A stretch of 64,000 nucleotides of DNA from Nemertoderma westbladi (GCA_032718475.1 JAUCBJ010002601.1:1-64000), one strand, 5' to 3'; positions 45,801-60,959 are shown, counted from the first letter of the stretch. Program-made: numbers and translations. Notes: a model not told the origin generated them from the sequence alone.

Positions 45801-48800
45801 GGTGTGTACGATGGATCCTTGTGGTGTGTATGGATGATGTATCCTTGTGGTGTGTGTGGATGATGTATCCTAGTGGTGTGTACGATGGATCCTTGTGGTG
45901 TGTATGGATGATGTATCCTTGTGGTGTGTGTGGATGATGTATCCTAGTGGTGTGTACGATGGATCCTTGTGGTGTGTATGGATGATGTATCCTTGTGGTG
46001 TGTGTGGATGATGTATCCTAGTGGTGTGTACGATGTATCCTTGTGGTGTGTGTGGATGATGTATCCTTGTAGTGTGTGTGGATGATGTATCCTAGTGGTT
46101 TGGACGATGTATCCTTGTGGTGTGTGTGGACAATGTATCCTAGTGGTGTGTACGATGCATCCTTGTGGTGTGTGTGGATGATGTATCCTAGTGGTTTGGA
46201 CGATGTATCCTTGTGGTGTGTGTGGACGATGTATCCTAGTGGTGTGTACGATGTATCCTTGTGGTGTGTGTGGACGATGTATCCTAGTGGTGTGGACGAT
46301 GTATCCTAGTCGTGTGGACGATGTATCCTTGTGGTGTTTACGATGTATCCTAGTTGTGTGTGTGGACGATGATTCCTAGTCGTGTGGACGATGTATCCTA
46401 GACGTGTGGACGATGTATCCTAGTCGTGTGGACGATGTATCCTTGTGGTGTTTACGATGTATCCTAGTTGTGTGTGTGGACGATGATTCCTAGTCGTGTG
46501 GACGATGTATCCTTGTGGTGTGTACGATGTATCCTAGTGGTGTGTGTGGACGATGTATCCTTGTGGTGTGTACGATGTATCCTTGTGGTGTTTACGATGT
46601 ATCCTAGTTGTGTGTGTGGACGATGATTCCTAGTCGTGTGGACGATGTATCCTAGACGTGTGGACGATGTATCCTAGTCGTGTGGACGATGTATCCTTGT
46701 GGTGTTTACGATGTATCCTAGTTGTGTGTGTGGACGATGATTCCTAGTCGTGTGGACGATGTATCCTTGTGGTGTGTACGATGTATCCTAGTGGTGTGTG
46801 TGGACAATGTATCCTAGTGGTGTGTACGATGTATCCTAGTGGTGTGTGTGGACGATGTATCCTTGTGGTGTGTACGATGTATCCTTGTGGTGTGTGTGGA
46901 CGATGTATCCTAGTGGTGTGGACGATGTATCCTAGTGGTTTGGACGATGTATCCTTGTGGTGTGTGTGGACGATGTATCCTAGTGGTGTGTACGATGTAT
47001 CCTTGTGGTGTGTGTGGACGATGTATCCTAGTGGTGTGGACGATGTATCCTTGTGGTGTGTGTGGACGATGTATCCTTGTGGTGTTTACGATGTATCCTA
47101 GTTGTGTGTGTGGACGATGTATCCTTGTGGTGTGTGTGGACGATGTATCCTTGTGGTGTTTACGATGTATCCTAGTTGTGTGTGTGGACGATGATTCCTA
47201 GTCGTGTGGACGATGTATCCTAGTGGTGTGTACGATGTATCCTAGTGGTGTGTGTGGATGATGTATCCTAGTGGTGTGTGTGGATGATGTATCCTTGTGG
47301 TGTGTGTGGACGATGTATCCTTGTGGTGTGTGTGGATGATGTATCCTAGTGGTGTGTACGATGGATCCTTGTGGTGTGTATGGATGATGTATCCTTGTGG
47401 TGTGTGTGGATGATGTATCCTAGTGGTGTGTACGATGTATCCTTGTGGTGTGTGTGGACGATGTATCCTAGTGGTTTGGACGATGTATCCTTGTGGTGTG
47501 TACAATGTATCCTAGTGGTGTGTACGATGTATCCTAGTGGTGTGTGTGGATGATGTATCCTAGTGGTGTGGATGATGTATCCTTGTGGTGTGTGTGGACA
47601 ATGTATCCTAGTGGTTTGGACGATGTATCCTTGTGGTGTGTACAATGTATCCTAGTGGTGTGTACGATGTATCCTAGTGGTGTGTGTGGATGATGTATCC
47701 TAGTGGTGTGGATGATGTATCCTTGTGGTGTGTGTGGATGATGTATCCTAGTGGTGTGGACGATGTATCCTAGTTGTGTGTGTGGACGATGATTCCTAGT
47801 CGTGTGGACGATGTATCCTTGTGGTGTGTACGATGTATCCTAGTGGTGTGTGTGGATGATGTATCCTAGTGGTGTGGATGATGTATCCTTGTGGTGTGTG
47901 TGGATGATGTATCCTAGTGGTGTGGACGATGTATCCTAGTTGTGTGTGTGGACGATGATTCCTAGTCGTGTGGACGATGTATCCTTGTGGTGTGTGTGGA
48001 CGATGTATCCTTGTGGTGTGTGTGGATGATGTATCCTAGTGGTGTGTACGATGGATCCTTGTGGTGTGTATGGATGATGTATCCTTGTGGTGTGTGTGGA
48101 TGATGTATCCTAGTGGTGTGTACGATGTATCCTTGTGGTGTGTGTGGATGATGTATCCTTGTAGTGTGTGTGGATGATGTATCCTAGTGGTTTGGACGAT
48201 GTATCCTTGTGGTGTGTGTGGACAATGTATCCTAGTGGTGTGTACGATGCATCCTTGTGGTGTGTGTGGATGATGTATCCTAGTGGTTTGGACGATGTAT
48301 CCTTGTGGTGTGTGTGGACGATGTATCCTAGTGGTGTGTACGATGTATCCTTGTGGTGTGTGTGGACGATGTATCCTAGTGGTGTGGACGATGTATCCTT
48401 GTGGTGTGTGTGTACGATGTATCCTAGTGGTGTGTACGATGTATCCTAGTGGTGTGTGTGGATGATGTATCCTAGTGGTGTGTACGATGTATCCTTGTGG
48501 TGTGTGTGTACGATGTATCCTTGTGGTGTGTGTGGACAATGTATCCTAGTGGTGTGTACGATGGATCCTTGTGGTGTGTGTGGACGATGTATCCTAGTGG
48601 TGTGGACGATGTATCCTAGTGGTGTGTGTGGATGATGTATCCTTGTGGTGTGTGTGGATGATGTATCCTTGTGGTGTGTGTGGATGATGTATCCTAGTGG
48701 TTTGGACGATGTATCCTTGTGGTGTGTGTGGACGATGTATCCTTGTGGTGTGTGTGGATGATGTATCCTAGTGGTGTGTACGATGGATCCTTGTGGTGTG

Positions 48801-51800
48801 TATGGATGATGTATCCTTGTGGTGTGTGTGGATGATGTATCCTAGTGGTGTGTACGATGTATCCTTGTGGTGTGTGTGGATGATGTATCCTTGTAGTGTG
48901 TGTGGATGATGTATCCTAGTGGTTTGGACGATGTATCCTTGTGGTGTGTGTGGACAATGTATCCTAGTGGGGTGTACGATGCATCCTTGTGGTGTGTGTG
49001 GATGATGTATCCTAGTGGTTTGGACGATGTATCCTTGTGGTGTGTGTGGACGATGTATCCTAGTGGTGTGTACGATGCATCCTTGTGGTGTGTGTGGATG
49101 ATGTATCCTAGTGGTTTGGACGATGTATCCTTGTGGTGTGTGTGGACGATGTATCCTAGTGGTGTGGACGATGTATCCTTGTGGTGTGTGTGGACGATGT
49201 ATCCTTGTGGTGTTTACGATGTATCCTAGTTGTGTGTGTGGACGATGATTCCTAGTCGTGTGGACGATGTATCCTAGTGGTGTGTGTGGATGATGTATCC
49301 TTGTGGTGTGTGTGGACGATGTATCCTTGTGGTGTACAATGTATCCTAGTGGTGTGTACGATGTATCCTAGTGGTGTGTGTGTACGATATATCCTAGGGG
49401 TGTGTACGATGTATCCTAGTGGTGTGTACGATGTATCCTAGTTGTGTGTGTGGACGATGTATCCTAGTCGTGTGGACGATGTATCCTAGTGGTGTGTACG
49501 ATGTATCCTAGTTGTGTGTGTGGACGATGTATCCTAGTCGTGTGGACGATGTATCCTAGTGGTGTGTACGATGTATCCTAGTGGTGTGTACGATGTATCC
49601 TAGTTGTGTGTGTGGACGATGTATCCTAGTCGTGTGGACGATGTATCCTAGTGGTGTGTACGATGTATCCTAGTGGTGTGTGTGGACGATGATTCCTAGT
49701 CGTGTGTGTGGACGATGTATCCTAGTTGTGTGTGTGGACGATGTATCCTAGTCGTGTGGACGATGTATCCTAGTGGTGTGTACGATGTATCCTAGTGGTG
49801 TGTACGATGTATCCTAGTTGTGTGTGTGGACGATGTATCCTAGTCGTGTGGACGATGTATCCTAGTGGTGTGTACGATGTATCCTAGTGGTGTGTGTGGA
49901 CGATGATTCCTAGTCGTGTGTGTGGACGATGTATCCTAGTCGTGTGTACGATGTATCCTAGTGGTGTGTGTGTACGATATATCCTAGGGGTGTGTACGAT
50001 GTATCCTAGTGGTGTGTGTGGACGATGATTCCTAGTCGTGTGTGTGGACGATGTATCCTAGTGGTGTGTACGATGTATCCTAGTGGTGTGTACGATGTAT
50101 CCTAGTGGTGTGTGTGGACGATGATTCCTAGTCGTGTGTGTGGACGATGTATCCTAGTGGTGTGTACGATGTATCCTAGTGGTGTGTGTGTACGATATAT
50201 CCTAGGGGTGTGTACGATGTATCCTAGTGGTGTGTACGATGTATCCTAGTGGTGTGTGTGGATGATGTATCCTAGTGGTTTGGACGATGTATCCTTGTGG
50301 TGTGTGTGGACGATGTATCCTAGTGGTGTGTGTGTACGATATATCCTAGGGGTGTGTACGATGTATCCTAGTGGTGTGTACGATGTATCCTAGTGGTGTG
50401 TGTGGATGATGTATCCTAGTGGTTTGGACGATGTATCCTTGTGGTGTGTGTGGACGATGTATCCTTGTGGTGTGTGTGGACGATGTATCCTTGTGGTGTG
50501 TGTGGATGATGTATCCTAGTGGTGTGTACGATGTATCCTAGTGGTGTGTGTGGACGATGTATCCTAGTCGTGTGGACGATGTATCCTAGTGGTGTGTACG
50601 ATGTATCCTAGTGGTGTGTGTGTACGATATATCCTAGGGGTGTGTACGATGTATCCTAGTGGTGTGTACGATGTATCCTAGTGGTGTGTGTGGATGATGT
50701 ATCCTAGTGGTTTGGACGATGTATCCTTGTGGTGTGTGTGGACGATGTATCCTTGTGGTGTGTGTGGACGATGTATCCTTGTGGTGTACAATGTATCCTA
50801 GTGGTGTGTACGATGTATCCTAGTGGTGTGTACGATGTATCCTAGTGGTGTGTGTGGATGATGTATCCTAGTGGTTTGGACGATGTATCCTTGTGGTGTG
50901 TGTGGACGATGTATCCTTGTGGTGTGTGTGGACGATGTATCCTTGTGGTGTACAATGTATCCTAGTGGTGTGTACGATGTATCCTAGTGGTGTGTGTGTA
51001 CGATATATCCTAGGGGTGTGTACGATGTATCCTAGTGGTGTGTACGATGTATCCTAGTTGTGTGTGTGGACGATGTATCCTAGTCGTGTGGACGATGTAT
51101 CCTAGTGGTGTGTACGATGTATCCTAGTGGTGTGTGTGGACGATGATTCCTAGTCGTGTGTGTGGACGATGTATCCTAGTCGTGTGGACGATGTATCCTA
51201 GTGGTGTGTACGATGTATCCTAGTGGTGTGTGTGGACGATGTATCCTAGTCGTGTGGACGATGTATCCTAGTGGTGTGTACGATGTATCCTAGTGGTGTG
51301 TGTGTACGATATATCCTAGGGGTGTGTACGATGTATCCTAGTGGTGTGTACGATGTATCCTAGTTGTGTGTGTGGACGATGTATCCTAGTCGTGTGTACG
51401 ATGTATCCTTGTGGTGTGTGTGGACGATGTATCCTTGTGGTGTACAATGTATCCTAGTGGTGTGTACGATGTATCCTAGTGGTGTGTGTGGACGATGATT
51501 CCTAGTCGTGTGGATGATGTATCCTAGTGGTGTGTGTGGATGATGTATCCTAGTCGTGTGGACGATGTATCCTAGTGGTGTGTACGATGTATCCTAGTGG
51601 TATGTACGATGTATCCTTGTGGTGTGTGTGGATGATGTATCCTAGTCGTGTGTACGATGTATCCTTGTGGTGTGTGTGGACGATGTATCCTTGTGGTGTA
51701 CAATGTATCCTAGTGGTGTGTGTGTACGATATATCCTAGTGGTGTGTGTGTACGATATATCCTAGGGGTGTGTACGATGTATCCTAGTGGTGTGTACGAT

Positions 51801-54344
51801 GTATCCTAGTTGTGTGTGTGGACGATGTATCCTAGTCGTGTGTACGATGTATCCTTGTGGTGTGTGTGGACGATGTATCCTTGTGGTGTACAATGTATCC
51901 TAGTGGTGTGTACGATGTATCCTAGTGGTGTGTGTGGACGATGATTCCTAGTCGTGTGGATGATGTATCCTAGTCGTGTGGACGATGTATCCTAGTGGTG
52001 TGTACGATGTATCCTAGTGGTGTGTGTGTACGATATATCCTAGGGGTGTGTACGATGTATCCTAGTGGTGTGTACGATGTATCCTAGTTGTGTGTGTGGA
52101 CGATGTATCCTAGTCGTGTGTACGATGTATCCTTGTGGTGTGTGTGGACGATGTATCCTTGTGGTGTACAATGTATCCTAGTGGTGTGTGTGGACGATGT
52201 ATCCTAGTCGTGTGGACGATGTATCCTAGTGGTGTGTACGATGTATCCTAGTGGTGTGTGTGTACGATATATCCTAGGGGTGTGTACGATGTATCCTAGT
52301 GGTGTGTACGATGTATCCTAGTTGTGTGTGTGGACGATGTATCCTAGTCGTGTGTACGATGTATCCTTGTGGTGTGTGTGGACGATGTATCCTTGTGGTG
52401 TACAATGTATCCTAGTGGTGTGTACGATGTATCCTAGTTGTGTGTGTGGACGATGTATCCTAGTCGTGTGTACGATGTATCCTAGTGGTGTGTGTGGACG
52501 ATGATTCCTAGTCGTGTGGACGATGTATCCTTGTGGTGTGTGTGGACAATGTATCCTAGTGGTTTGGACGATGTATCCTTGTGGTGTGTACAATGTATCC
52601 TAGTGGTGTGTACGATGTATCCTAGTGGTGTGTGTGGATGATGTATCCTAGTGGTGTGGATGATGTATCCTTGTGGTGTGTGTGGATGATGTATCCTAGT
52701 GGTTTGGACGATGTATCCTTGTGGTGTGTGTGGACAATGTATCCTAGTGGTGTGTACGATGCATCCTTGTGGTGTGTGTGGACAATGTATCCTAGTGGTT
52801 TGGACGATGTATCCTTGTGGTGTGTACAATGTATCCTAGTGGTGTGTACGATGTATCCTAGTGGTGTGTGTGGATGATGTATCCTAGTGGTTTGGACGAT
52901 GTATCCTTGTGGTGTGTGTGGACGATGTATCCTAGTGGTGTGGACGATGTATCCTAGTGGTGTGTGCGATGTATCCTAGTGGTGTGTACGATGTATCCTA
53001 GTTGTGTGTGTGGACGATGTATCCTAGTGGTGTGTACGATGTATCCTAGTGGTGTGTGTGGATGATGTATCCTAGTGGTTTGGACGATGTATCCTTGTGG
53101 TGTGTGTGGACGATGTATCCTAGTGGTGTGGACGATGTATCCTAGTGGTGTGTGCGATGTATCCTAGTGGTGTGTACGATGTATCCTAGTTGTGTGTGTG
53201 GACGATGTATCCTAGTCGTGTGGACGATGTATCCTAGTGGTGTGTACGATGTATCCTAGTTGTGTGTGTGGACGATGTATCCTAGTCGTGTGGACGATGT
53301 ATCCTAGTGGTGTGTACGATGTATCCTAGTGGTGTGTGTGGACAATGTATCCTAGTGGTTTGGACGATGTATCCTTGTGGTGTGTACAATGTATCCTAGT
53401 GGTGTGTACGATGTATCCTAGTGGTGTGTGTGGATGATGTATCCTAGTGGTGTGGATGATGTATCCTTGTGGTGTGTGTGGATGATGTATCCTAGTGGTT
53501 TGGACGATGTATCCTTGTGGTGTGTGTGGACAATGTATCCTAGTGGTGTGTACGATGCATCCTTGTGGTGTGTGTGGACAATGTATCCTAGTGGTTTGGA
53601 CGATGTATCCTTGTGGTGTGTACAATGTATCCTAGTGGTGTGTACGATGTATCCTAGTGGTGTGTGTGGATGATGTATCCTAGTGGTTTGGACGATGTAT
53701 CCTTGTGGTGTGTGTGGACGATGTATCCTAGTGGTGTGGACGATGTATCCTAGTGGTGTGTGCGATGTATCCTAGTGGTGTGTACGATGTATCCTAGTTG
53801 TGTGTGTGGACGATGTATCCTAGTGGTGTGTACGATGTATCCTAGTGGTGTGTGTGGATGATGTATCCTAGTGGTTTGGACGATGTATCCTTGTGGTGTG
53901 TGTGGACGATGTATCCTAGTGGTGTGGACGATGTATCCTAGTGGTGTGTGCGATGTATCCTAGTGGTGTGTACGATGTATCCTAGTTGTGTGTGTGGACG
54001 ATGTATCCTAGTCGTGTGGACGATGTATCCTAGTGGTGTGTACGATGTATCCTAGTTGTGTGTGTGGACGATGTATCCTAGGTGTGGACGATGTATCCTA
54101 GTGGTGTGTACGATGTATCCTAGTGGTGTGTGTGGATGATGTATCCTAGTGGTTTGGACGATGTATCCTTGTGGTGTGTGTGGACGATGTATCCTAGTGG
54201 TGTGGACGATGTATCCTAGTGGTGTGTGCGATGTATCCTAGTGGGGTAGACGATGTATCCTAGTGGTGTGGACGATGTATCCTAGTGGTGTGTACGATGT
54301 ATCCTTGTGGTGTGTGTGGACGATGTATCCTAGTGATGTATCCT

Positions 54345-54931
54345 GGATGTAGGACAACTCGGTCCAGGACAATTCGGTCCCGGACAATTGATGATATTAT
54401 AACAGTCCCTGAATGAGATCCAGCTATTATCTAATATAATAATTTAGGCTTGTTAACCAACCAACAACACATACAGTATACGTACGCAATATATAAAAAA
54501 ATCAGTTTTTACACATTTTAAATGCATACTATTACTAGCTAGTAAATAATTCACAAGCTCCATAAAAACACCATAATAGCTACCATAACTAATAATGTTA
54601 ACAAAAAAAGTAAAATTTTTTTATTTTCAAAAAAAATACCTGCTAGTAAAAAACAAACACTAGCTACCATGTAATGGTATCTTTTAAAGTTCTAGAACAT
54701 TCACCATTTTATAGTACAGTAGTACCAATTAAATTTGGTCCCGGACAATTCGGTCCCGGACAATTCGGTCCCATTAATAAGCATATTTTGGGACCGAATT
54801 GTCCTAGTCAGTATCCGGTCAATTCGGTCCCGGACAATAATTCGTTCCCAAAATACAAAATTAATGGGACCGAATTGTCCGGGACCGAATTGTCCGGACC
54901 GAATTGTCCGGGACCGAATTATCCTGCTTCC
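54345..54931. mobile_element. MULE/foldback-like MITE (587 bp) with 15-bp subterminal repeats
   Basis: TIRs ggatgtaggacaactcggtcc and ggaagcaggataattcggtcc (reverse complement). 9-bp TSD atgtatcct at 54336-54344 and 54932-54940. ggacaattcggtccc repeats in both orientations. Confidence 0.85.
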
Positions 54932-55429
54932 ATGTATCCTAGTCGTGTGGACGATGCATCTTAGTGGTGTGGACGATATACCCTAGTGGTGTGGACGATG
55001 TATCCTAGTGGTGTGGACGATATATCCTACTGGTGTGGGTGGACGATGTATCCTAGTGTGGTGGAAGTGGACGAAATATGCTGCTTTTTCAATTTTTTAT
55101 ATTGCAAACTGGTGATTTCCCACCTACAAATAATTTTGTAGGGGTGTTCACCATAATAACAATTGAACTTACTGTTTACCTATTAATACTATTTATAACT
55201 ATACGATAACCATACAGTGCAGTAATCTTTTAAACATGTGATTCACTATATAATTACTCCGCCACCTTAAATATTATGCACTAGTTTTTGTTTTGATGTT
55301 GTGTATTATCTAGACAGTATCGTCTTCGCTGCCTTCGGGTTGTCCTTTTTTTGTTTCGGATTTCACGTCCACCGATAACATAATTTTATGTTCTAGGACA
55401 TAAAATTCTCCCTCGTATGATCCTTTATT

Positions 55430-55950
55430 AAAACTATAACAATGAGTTGATCTTGATCCCAAGTCACTTGATTGACTTGTCCCGAGCTGCCAGATGCAAT
55501 GTTGCGTGAACAGTCCTTGAACCACAAACAAGTGTAAACCAAAAACGATATGACCATCAGACAAAAAAATCAGCGCACCGGCGCGGCGGCGGCGTGTGGC
55601 GTGGTGGCTACTTCATACTTTTCCACTTGATTGAGGATCAAGGACGGCTATCGCAGCATTGCATCTGACAAAAGTTATTGTGAGTGTACGCCGAAGGTAA
55701 ACGCAATGGACGAGAATACAGACATTAATTAGTTACTGTAGTTTGTTAAATTCCATCGGACAGGACAACTTTCTACATATAAATGATTCCAGCTAGATAC
55801 TAAAAGGACGAGTTTAATCCAAGTATCAATATATATCCTTAAAGTCGAACGATATGTATTCATTGGATTTCATCAAAATATGAGAGATGATGGGGTCATA
55901 CTAATTTACTTTAGTTTTTCTTTCACAAAATTAAAAGTAAACGTTCCAAT
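55430..55950 (+). repeat. Unclassified interspersed repeat, copy 1
   Basis: ttttccacttgattg..caaggacggctatcgcagcat...gtaaacgcaat..gagaatacagaca is shared with 61375-61482; flanking similarity is patchy and the limits are approximate. Confidence 0.65.
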
Positions 55951-55996
55951 TATATTTAACCCATTAATATCCAACATCAAATATTCAACATTCTAT

Positions 55997-58900
55997 ACAA
56001 CAGCCTTCGGTTCTATAGAGGGCATTGACTTCGGTTCTACAGAGGGCGTCAACAACAACCTTTGGTTCTATAGAGGGCGTCAACAACAACCTTTGGTTCT
56101 ATAGAGGGCGTCAACTTCGGTTCTATAGAGGACGTAGACTTCGGTTCTATAGAGGGCGTCGACTTCGGTTCTATAGAGGGCGTCGACTTCGGTTCTATAG
56201 AGGGCGTCGACAACAACCTTTAGTTCTATAGAGGGCGTCGACTTCGGTTCTATAAAGGGCGTCGACTTTGGTTCTATAGAGGGCGTCGACAACAACCTTT
56301 GGTTCTATAGAGGGCGTCGACTTCGGTTCTATAGAGGGCGTCGACTTTGGTTCTATAGAGGGCGTCGACAACAACCTTTGGTTCTATAGAGGGCGTCGAC
56401 TTCGGTTCTATAGAGGGCGTCGACTTCGGTTCTATAGAGGGCGTCGACAACAACCTTTGGTTCTATAGAGGGCGTCAACAACAACCTTCGGTTCTATAGA
56501 GGGCTTCGACTTCGGTTCTATAGAGGGCGTCAACAACAACCTTCGGTTCTATAGAGGGCGTCGACTTCGGTTCTATAGAGGGCGTCGACTTCGGTTCTAT
56601 AGAGGGCGTCGACAACAACCTTCGGTTCTATAGAGGGCGTCAACTTCGGTTCTATAAAGGGCGTCGACTTCGGTTCTATAGAGGGCGTCAACAACAACCT
56701 TTGGTTCTATAGAGGGCGTCGACTTCGGTTCTATAGAGGGCGTCAACAACAACCTTCGGTTCTATAGAGGGCGTTGACTTCGGTTCTATAGAGGGCGTCA
56801 ACTTCGGTTCTATAGAGGGCGTTGACTTCGGTTCTATAGAGGGCGTCGACTTCGGTTCTATAGAGGGCGTCGACTTCGGTTCTATAGAGGGCGTCGACTT
56901 CGGTTCTATAGAGGGCGTCAACTTTGGTTCTATAGAGGGCGTCAACTTCGGTTCTATAAAGGGCGTCGACTTCGGTTCTATAGAGGGCGTCAACAACAAC
57001 CTTTGGTTCTATAGAGGGCGTCAACAACAACCTTTGGTTCTATAGAGGGCGTCAACTTCGGTTCAATAAAGGGCGTCGACTTCGGTTCTATAGAGGGCGT
57101 CGACAACAACCTTTGGTTCTATAGAGGGCGTCGACTTCGGTTCTATAAAGGGCGTCGACTTTGGTTCTATAGAGGGCGTCGACAACAACCTTTGGTTCTA
57201 TAGAGGGCGTCGACTTCGGTTCTATAAAGGGCGTCGACTTCGGTTCTATAGAGGGCGTAAACAACAACCTTCGGTTCTATAGAGGGCGTCAACAACAACC
57301 TTTGGTTCTATAGAGGGCTTCGACAACAACCTTCGGTTCTATAGAGGGCGTCGACTTCGGTTCTATAGAGGGTGTCGACTTCGGTTCTATAAAGGGCGTC
57401 GACTTCGGTTCTATAGAGGGCGTCAACAACAACCTTTGGTTCTATAGAGGGTGTCAACAACAACCTTTGGTTCTATAGAGGGCGTCAACTTCGGTTCTAT
57501 AAAGGGCGTCGACTTCGGTATAGTGGGCGTAAACAACAACCTTCGGTTCTATAGAGGGCGTCGACTTCGGTTCTATAGAGGGCGTAAACAACAACCTTTG
57601 GTTCTATAGAGGGCTTCGACAACAACCTTCGGTTCTATAGAGGGCGTCGACTTCGGTTCTATAGAGGGCGTCGACTTCGGTTCTATAAAGGGCGTCGACT
57701 TCGGTTCTATAGAGGGCGTCAACAACAACCTTCGGTTTTATAGAGGGCGTCAACTTCGGTTCTATAAAGGGCGTCGACTTCGGTTCTATAGAGGGCTTCG
57801 ACAACAACCTTCGGTTCTATAGAGGGCTTCGACTTCGGTTCTATAGAGGGCTTCGATTTCGGTTCTATAGAGGGCGTTGACTTCGGTTCTATAGAGGGCG
57901 TCGACTTCGGTTCTATAGAGGGCGTCGACTTCGGTTCTATAGAGGGCGTCAACAACAACCTTTGGTTCTATAGAGGGAGTCAACAACAACCTTTGGTTCT
58001 AGAGAGGGCGTCAACTTCGGTTCTATAGAGGGCATTGACTTCGGTTCTATAGAGGGCGTCAACAACAACCTTTGGTTCTATAGAGGGCGTCAACAACAAC
58101 CTTTGGTTCTATAGAAGGCGTCAACTTCGGTTCTATAAAGGGCGTCGACTTCGGTTCTATAGAGGGCGTAAACAACAACCTTCGGTTCTATAGAGGGCTT
58201 CGACAACAACCTTCGGTTCTATAGAGGGCTTCGACTTCGGTTCTATAGAGGGCTTCGATTTCGGTTCTATAGAGGGCGTTGACTTCGGTTCTATAGAGGG
58301 CGTCGACTGCGGTTCTATAGAGGGCGTCGACTTCGGTTCTATAGAGGGCGTAAACAACAACCTTTGGTTCTATAGAGGGCTTCGACAACAACCTTCGGTT
58401 CTATAGAGGGCGTCGACTTCGGTTCTATAGAGGGCGTCGACTTCGGTTCTATAAAGGGCGTCGACTTCGGTTCTATAGAGGGCGTCAACAACAACCTTTG
58501 GTTCTATAGAGGGCTTCGACAACAACCTTCGGTTCTATAGAGGGCGTCGACTTCGGTTCTATAGAGGGCGTCGACTTCGGTTCTATAGAGGGCGTCAACT
58601 TCGGTTCTATAAAGGGCGTCGACTTCGGTTCTATAGAGGGCGTAAACAACAACCTTTGGTTCTATAGAGGGCTTCGACAACAACCTTCGGTTCTATAGAG
58701 GGCGTCGACTTCGGTTCTATAGAGGGCGTCGACTTCGGTTCTATAAAGGGCGTCGACTTCGGTTCTATAGAGGGCGTCAACAACAACCTTTGGTTCTATA
58801 GAGGGCTTCGACAACAACCTTCGGTTCTATAGAGGGTGTCGACTTCGGTTCTATAGAGGGCGACGACTTCGGTTCTATAGAGGGCGTAAACAACAACCTT

Positions 58901-60242
58901 CGGTTCTATAGAGGGTGTCAACTTTGGTTCTATAGAGGGCGTCGACTTCGGTTCTATAGAGGGCGTCGACAACAACCTTCGGTTCTATAGAGGGCTTCGA
59001 CTTCGGTTCTATAGAGGGCGTTGACTTCGGTTCTATAGAGGGCGTCAACAACAACCTTCGGTTCTATAGAGGGCTTCGACTTCGGTTCTATAGAGGGCGT
59101 TGACTTCGGTTCTATAGAGGGCGTCAACAACAACCTTCGGTTCTATTGAGGGCTTCGACTTCGGTTCTATAGAGGGCGTCAACAACAACCTTCGGTTCTA
59201 TAGAGGGCTTCGACTTCGGTTCTATAGAGGGCGTTGACTTCGGTTCTATAGAGGGCGTCAACAACAACCTTCGGTTCTATAGAGGGCTTCGACTTCGGTT
59301 CTATAGAGGGCGTCAACAACAACCTTCGGTTCTATAGAGGGCTTCGACTTCGGTTCTATAGAGGGCGTTGACTTCGGTTCTATAGAGGGCGTCGACTTCG
59401 GTTCTATAGAGGGCGTCGACTTCGGTTCTATAAAGGGCGTCGACTTCGGTTCTATAGAGGGCGTCAACAACAACCTTCGGTTCTATAGAGGGCGTCGACT
59501 TCGGTTCTATAGAGGGCGTCGACTTCGGTTCTATAGAGGGCGTCAACAACAACCTTCGGTTCTATAGAGGGCTTCGACTTCGGTTCTATAGAGGGCGTTG
59601 ACTTCGGTTCTATAGAGGGCGTCGACTTCGGTTCTATAGAGGGCGTTGACTTCGGTTCTATAGAGGGCGTCAACAACAACCTTCGGTTCTATAGAGGGCT
59701 TCGACTTCGGTTCTATAGAGGGCGTTGACTTCGGTTCTATGGAGGGCGTCGACTTCGGTTCTATAGAGGGCGTTGACTTCGGTTCTATAGAGGGCGTCGA
59801 CTTCGGTTCTATAGAGGGCGTTGACTTCGGTTCTATAGAGGGCGTCGACTTCGGTTCTATAGAGGGCGTAAACAACAACCTTCGGTTCTATAGAGGGCTT
59901 CGACTTCGGTTCTATAGAGGGCGTCAACAACAACCTTCGGTTCTATAGAGGGCTTCGACTTCGGTTCTATAGAGGGCGTCAACAACAACCTTCGGTTCTA
60001 TAGAGGGCGTCAACAACAACCTTCGGTTCTATAGAGGGCTTCGACTTCGGTTCTATAGAGGGCGTTGACTTCGGTTCTATAGAGGGCGTCAACAACAACC
60101 TTCGGTTTTATAGAGGGCGTCAACAACAACCTTCGGTTCTATAGAGGGCGTTGACTTCGGTTCTATAGAGGGCGTCGACTTCGGTTCTATAGAGGGCGTA
60201 AACAACAACCTTCGGTTCTATAGAGGGCTTCGACAACAACCT
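55997..60242. repeat. ~4.2-kb satellite with 24-bp (gacttcggttctatagagggcgtc) and 31-bp (aacaacaacc variant) monomers
   Basis: Directly visible tandem array with two interspersed monomer lengths. Confidence 0.97.
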
Positions 60243-60959
60243 TGATTAACTTATTGTATCGGACCCATTCTACAAAAATCTATACGATACAGGCTTCATC
60301 TTTCTCAGGCACTCTTTCGTTATTTACCAGTCAGTTTAATATTTATTTTAAATATTAAGATTATGGTGGTTAAAAATCGAAAAATAGGCAATGTCATAAT
60401 TTTATATATTATTGGAGGGTAAATAACGAAATAAGACGTTTAAATAAATCAGCAATAATAATTGTGAAAATCAAATATTATAATATTTTAATATTTATCA
60501 CTCGCATTCTCTCAGTTTAGATGCAAAGTGTGTGATTGACTTCAAAACAATATACCCACCGTAGGCCTGCTTTCTTGCTTTCTTACATTGTTATTTAAAT
60601 TGGATTTAAATAACAATAATTTATAAATTTATTTGGGTGGATAAATTACTGAAAAGACACATGAACATTTTTCGTTTTTATTACCTGCGATCAATTCAAT
60701 TATTTTAAATATTATAGATTTGTAATTCTTTTTCGTTATATTTACCCGCCAATCAGAAATTTGTTTACACCAAAATTTATTGTTGGTGGGTAAATACCGA
60801 ATTAGTGCCCGTTAAGCTAGTGAGTTTTTTGCCGGGTAGTCGCTGATGTGAGTTTCGTTCGAAGTTGTCAACTTTTCAAATATTTTCTCACATCTTTCAG
60901 CTGCTAAGCAAAGCTTTCTGATCTATTAAGTTCGATTCAGATCATGAAGATGTCGAATG

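Larger units (their letters stand above)
34873..55060. repeat. ~20-kb satellite with 22/26-bp monomers (gatgtatcctagtggtgtg[tgtg](g/t)ac) and higher-order blocks
   Basis: Continuous tandem array with strong G+T strand bias, interrupted at 36004-36824 and 54345-54931. Confidence 0.97.

Noticed and set aside
35521-53673. Dozens of ORFs such as MYPSGV/CVWTM/HTPQGYI repeats
   Set aside because: They are translations of the 22/26-bp satellite; monomer lengths are not multiples of 3 and the ORFs occur in all frames.
56025-59948. STPSIEPK and DALYRTEV repeat ORFs
   Set aside because: They come from the 24-bp satellite monomer and are broken by 31-bp monomers, with no unique coding flanks or splice evidence.
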